DNA from: an uncultured Clostridia bacterium | GTDB taxonomy: Bacteria > Bacillota > Clostridia > Oscillospirales > UBA644 | Assembly: GCA_944386305.1 (NCBI GenBank) | Contig: CALXAN010000118.1 | Coordinates: 1 to 44,050, forward strand | Reading direction: 5' to 3' | Length of the DNA stretch: 44,050 nt | In this document: piece after piece, positions 41,813 through 44,050 of the stretch | How positions within the stretch are numbered: the stretch's first letter is position 1 | Layout of the letters: each line of letters starts with the position of its first letter | Program-made: the position numbers and the translations under genes | Notes under the pieces: generated by a model | What the model was told of the DNA's origin: nothing | The model's input: the letters and a program-made list of their open reading frames with translations, nothing else | Databases searched by the model: none

Positions 41813-43054
41813 ATGAGCTTTTGGGATTTTTTTAAACGGCAGCCGAAAAAGGCGGGGGTACGTCCCGCGCCTACGCAGTCGGGATATCTGCCCTATTTTT
41901 CAGAGTTCGGCGACAACATATATGCAAGCGACATCATAGTGCAGGCGATCCGTTGCAAGGCGAACGAATTTAAAAAGCTAAAGCCTCGTCATATCCGCAT
42001 GAGCGGAGGGAAGCAGGAAGTCGTAACGGACAGCAGTATTGCACGTTGTCTGCGTCGCCCGAACGAGTACATGACACAGAGCGATTTCTTTGAAAAGATA
42101 ACGATTTTCCTTGAATTGAACAAAAACGCCTATATATACCCGACATATTACACCACGAACGGCGGCGAGCGGTATTATACAGGGCTTTACCCCTTAAAGC
42201 CGACGTATGTCGAGTATCTGACCGACCAAAACGAGCGGCTTTATATCTATTTTCGTTTCAATAGCGGATATGATGTCACATTGCCCGCATCCGACGTGGT
42301 GCATTGGCGCAAGGACTACGGCGTAAATGATTATTTCGGCGGTAATGCATTCGGAGGCAATGATGATCGAGGGCTTTTGTCTCTGCTCAATGAATATGAC
42401 AAGCTCACGCAATCAATTGCCGTCGCGCTGAACGTTTCGTCAAAGATAAACGGCATTGTCAAATACAATTCATACCTCGACGACGAGAAAACAATCGCAG
42501 CGCAGCAGGAGTTTAACGAGAAGCTTGCAAATAATGAGAGCGGCATTATCTTTTCCGACTTGAAAACGGAATATATCAATATTCCCCGCGATGTGAAAAT
42601 CGTTGACAAGGACACAATGGAGTTTTTCTATCAGAACATCCTGCGAAATACAGGCGTGAGCCTTGCAATACTCAACGGAGATTATACAAAGACGCAGAAA
42701 GAGGCGTTTTATGAACACGCGCTCGAAGCAGATGTAAAATCTCTCGGCGAGGCGATGAGCAAAGTCGTGTTTACCGAGCGAGAAGAAAGCTACGGCAACG
42801 CGATTGTATTATATCCGAATAGTATTGTTTTCATGAGCATGGAAAACAAGTTGTCCGCATTGCAGATAGGCTTGCCCGCAGGAATCTTTGTAAAAGACGA
42901 GGCACGGGAGCTGTTGGGATATCCGCCGTTGCCGGACGGACAGGGACAAGTAATCGCGCAAGGCTATAATGCACTGCTTGATGAGAATAACAACAACACT
43001 TTACAGCAGGGAGGTACAGACAATGGCACAGGCACAAGCGAAACCGAGGCTTGA
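41813..43054 (+). CDS. portal protein (HK97 family-like)
   Basis: 413 aa, following TerL and preceding the prohead protease. Confidence 0.8.
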   Translation: MSFWDFFKRQPKKAGVRPAPTQSGYLPYFSEFGDNIYASDIIVQAIRCKANEFKKLKPRHIRMSGGKQEVVTDSSIARCLRRPNEYMTQSDFFEKITIFLELNKNAYIYPTYYTTNGGERYYTGLYPLKPTYVEYLTDQNERLYIYFRFNSGYDVTLPASDVVHWRKDYGVNDYFGGNAFGGNDDRGLLSLLNEYDKLTQSIAVALNVSSKINGIVKYNSYLDDEKTIAAQQEFNEKLANNESGIIFSDLKTEYINIPRDVKIVDKDTMEFFYQNILRNTGVSLAILNGDYTKTQKEAFYEHALEADVKSLGEAMSKVVFTEREESYGNAIVLYPNSIVFMSMENKLSALQIGLPAGIFVKDEARELLGYPPLPDGQGQVIAQGYNALLDENNNNTLQQGGTDNGTGTSETEA

Positions 43055-43670
43055 AAAAGAAACAAGGCTTGCAAATATAGCTGATTTTAAAATCGAAAAG
43101 CGCGCCGAGGACGAAAGCGAATTGATGAACGCAAGCGGTTATCCCGTAGTGTTCGACAAAGAAACTTTTATCGGCTTTGATGAGCACGGATTTTTCGAAA
43201 GCATTGATCCGCATGCCTTTGACAATGCGGATATGTCGGACGTATGCTTGAGATACAATCACAGCGATAACTTCATGATTATGGCGCGGACGAGAAATAA
43301 AAGTTTGCGCCTGACCGTCGATGATACAGGGCTACGCATGGACAGTGACCTTATACCGACGAGCTTCAATAAGGATATGTATCTCGCAACAAGAGCAGGA
43401 CTGCTCACCGAGGGCAGTTTTGCGTTCACAGTCAAAAAGGACGACAAAGAAAAACGTTCAGACGGTTATATCCACCGTCGAATACTTGAAGTCGGCAAAC
43501 TTTTTGACGTATCAATCTGTGATAACGGGGCTTATGGAGATAAGACCGCTATATATGCCCGAAGTCTTGAACAAGCGGAGGCTTGGCTGAGACAGGCGGA
43601 GGCTGAAAAGGGCAAAACAAATTATTATATTAAATCTTTAATTTCGATGTATGGAGGAACGAAAAAATGA
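43023..43670 (+). CDS. prohead serine protease (HK97 / S78 family-like)
   Basis: The start MAQAQAK follows GGGAGG. It has the blocks GYPVVFDKE..., LRYNHS and GSFAF. Confidence 0.8.
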   Translation: MAQAQAKPRLEKETRLANIADFKIEKRAEDESELMNASGYPVVFDKETFIGFDEHGFFESIDPHAFDNADMSDVCLRYNHSDNFMIMARTRNKSLRLTVDDTGLRMDSDLIPTSFNKDMYLATRAGLLTEGSFAFTVKKDDKEKRSDGYIHRRILEVGKLFDVSICDNGAYGDKTAIYARSLEQAEAWLRQAEAEKGKTNYYIKSLISMYGGTKK

Positions 43671-44050
43671 AAGAGAGACTTAAAAAGCTTTTAAAGACCA
43701 AAGAGGAACAGCGCGACGCTCTGAATGCACAGCTTATCGCAAGCGACAGCAAAGAGGAACGCGCCGCTATCGGCGAGACGCTCAAAGCCCTCATGAGTGA
43801 GATTGCAGACGTTGAGAAAATGCTTGCAGACGTGGACGCGCCCGCAGAAGAAGCGCCCGCAGAGGGCGAGGGCGACGCGCAGCGTTCTTTCAAGCCTCTT
43901 GCGGCTATGGAGACAAGGAACGGCAAGACCGAGGACAGCGAGGCTCGCGCCCGCAAGTTCGCCGAAACTAATAGAATGACCGTAAGCAACAAAGAAGCCC
44001 GCGCTTCTATTCTCGTAAGCGGAGGCTCTATTGCTCAGCCCGTAGGCGTT
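43667..44050 (+). CDS. major capsid protein, N-terminal (delta-domain) part; continues beyond the window
   Basis: The ATG overlaps the protease stop (ATGA). The frame is open to the window end. The N-terminus is coiled-coil-like and Glu/Ala/Lys-rich, as in HK97-type capsid precursors. Confidence 0.7.
   Translation, partial: MKERLKKLLKTKEEQRDALNAQLIASDSKEERAAIGETLKALMSEIADVEKMLADVDAPAEEAPAEGEGDAQRSFKPLAAMETRNGKTEDSEARARKFAETNRMTVSNKEARASILVSGGSIAQPVGV

Larger units (their letters stand above)
26787..44050 (+). mobile_element. temperate HK97-like siphovirus-type prophage, left part (right end outside the window)
   Basis: Gene order: integrase, CI/Cro, recombination, replication, methyltransferase, lysis, HNH, TerS, TerL, portal, protease, capsid. 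Confidence 0.85.

Noticed and set aside
13731-44050. The idea that the tail cluster is simply the tail half of the adjacent integrase prophage.
   Set aside because: I did not adopt this, for four reasons:
- The cluster lies outside the integrase end, beyond repeat copies B1 and B2.
- It is transcribed away from the prophage.
- It has its own sigma factor and holins.
- It lacks head-tail connector genes.

I cannot fully exclude it, because the prophage right end lies outside the window.
1-44050. A scan for CRISPR arrays, tRNA or rRNA genes, transposases or IS elements, and reverse transcriptases (DGR or retron).
   Set aside because: I found none by eye. The only short tandem repeats are the coding 42-nt repeat (13174-13335) and the four replication iterons (33719-33797).

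Overview
The window comes from a fairly GC-rich, Clostridia-like Firmicutes chromosome.

**Core genes, about 1-11 kb.** These look ordinary:
- A thiM-thiE-HAD-thiD thiamine operon.
- A PfkB-family 1-phosphofructokinase-like kinase.
- A metal-homeostasis cluster: a Cd/Zn-type P1B ATPase with a separate small HMA protein, a divergent copA-csoR pair (copA carries an in-frame CopZ-like C-terminal domain), and an ArsR/CadC-like regulator.
- A decayed MerR-like gene at the end of the block.

**Accessory DNA, about 11 kb to the window end.** It is visibly more AT-rich by eye and falls into three blocks:
1. **11.3-13.7 kb, small island.** Two paralogous small proteins flank a lipoprotein. A micro-ORF made of four 14-aa tandem repeats follows.
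2. **13.7-26.7 kb, siphovirus-type tail module, all on the minus strand.** It encodes a major tail protein, a G/GT chaperone with an intact -1 slippery site, a tape measure protein, Dit-like and Tal proteins, and a large FN3-rich fibre. A TcdR/UviA-like sigma factor heads it and holin-type genes end it. I find no head, packaging, integrase, replication or endolysin genes. I read this as a candidate F-type (non-contractile) tailocin-like system, and it is the main hunt result.
3. **26.8 kb to beyond 44 kb, left part of a temperate HK97-like prophage in lambda-like gene order.** In order: integrase, CI/Cro switch, recombination and replication genes, PAPS-reductase-like protein, a circularly permuted C5-methyltransferase, holin and endolysin, HNH, TerS, TerL, portal, protease and capsid.

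An imperfect direct repeat of about 85 nt occurs three times. It brackets block 2 and precedes block 3.

All product calls rest on motif recognition by eye. No database search was possible.
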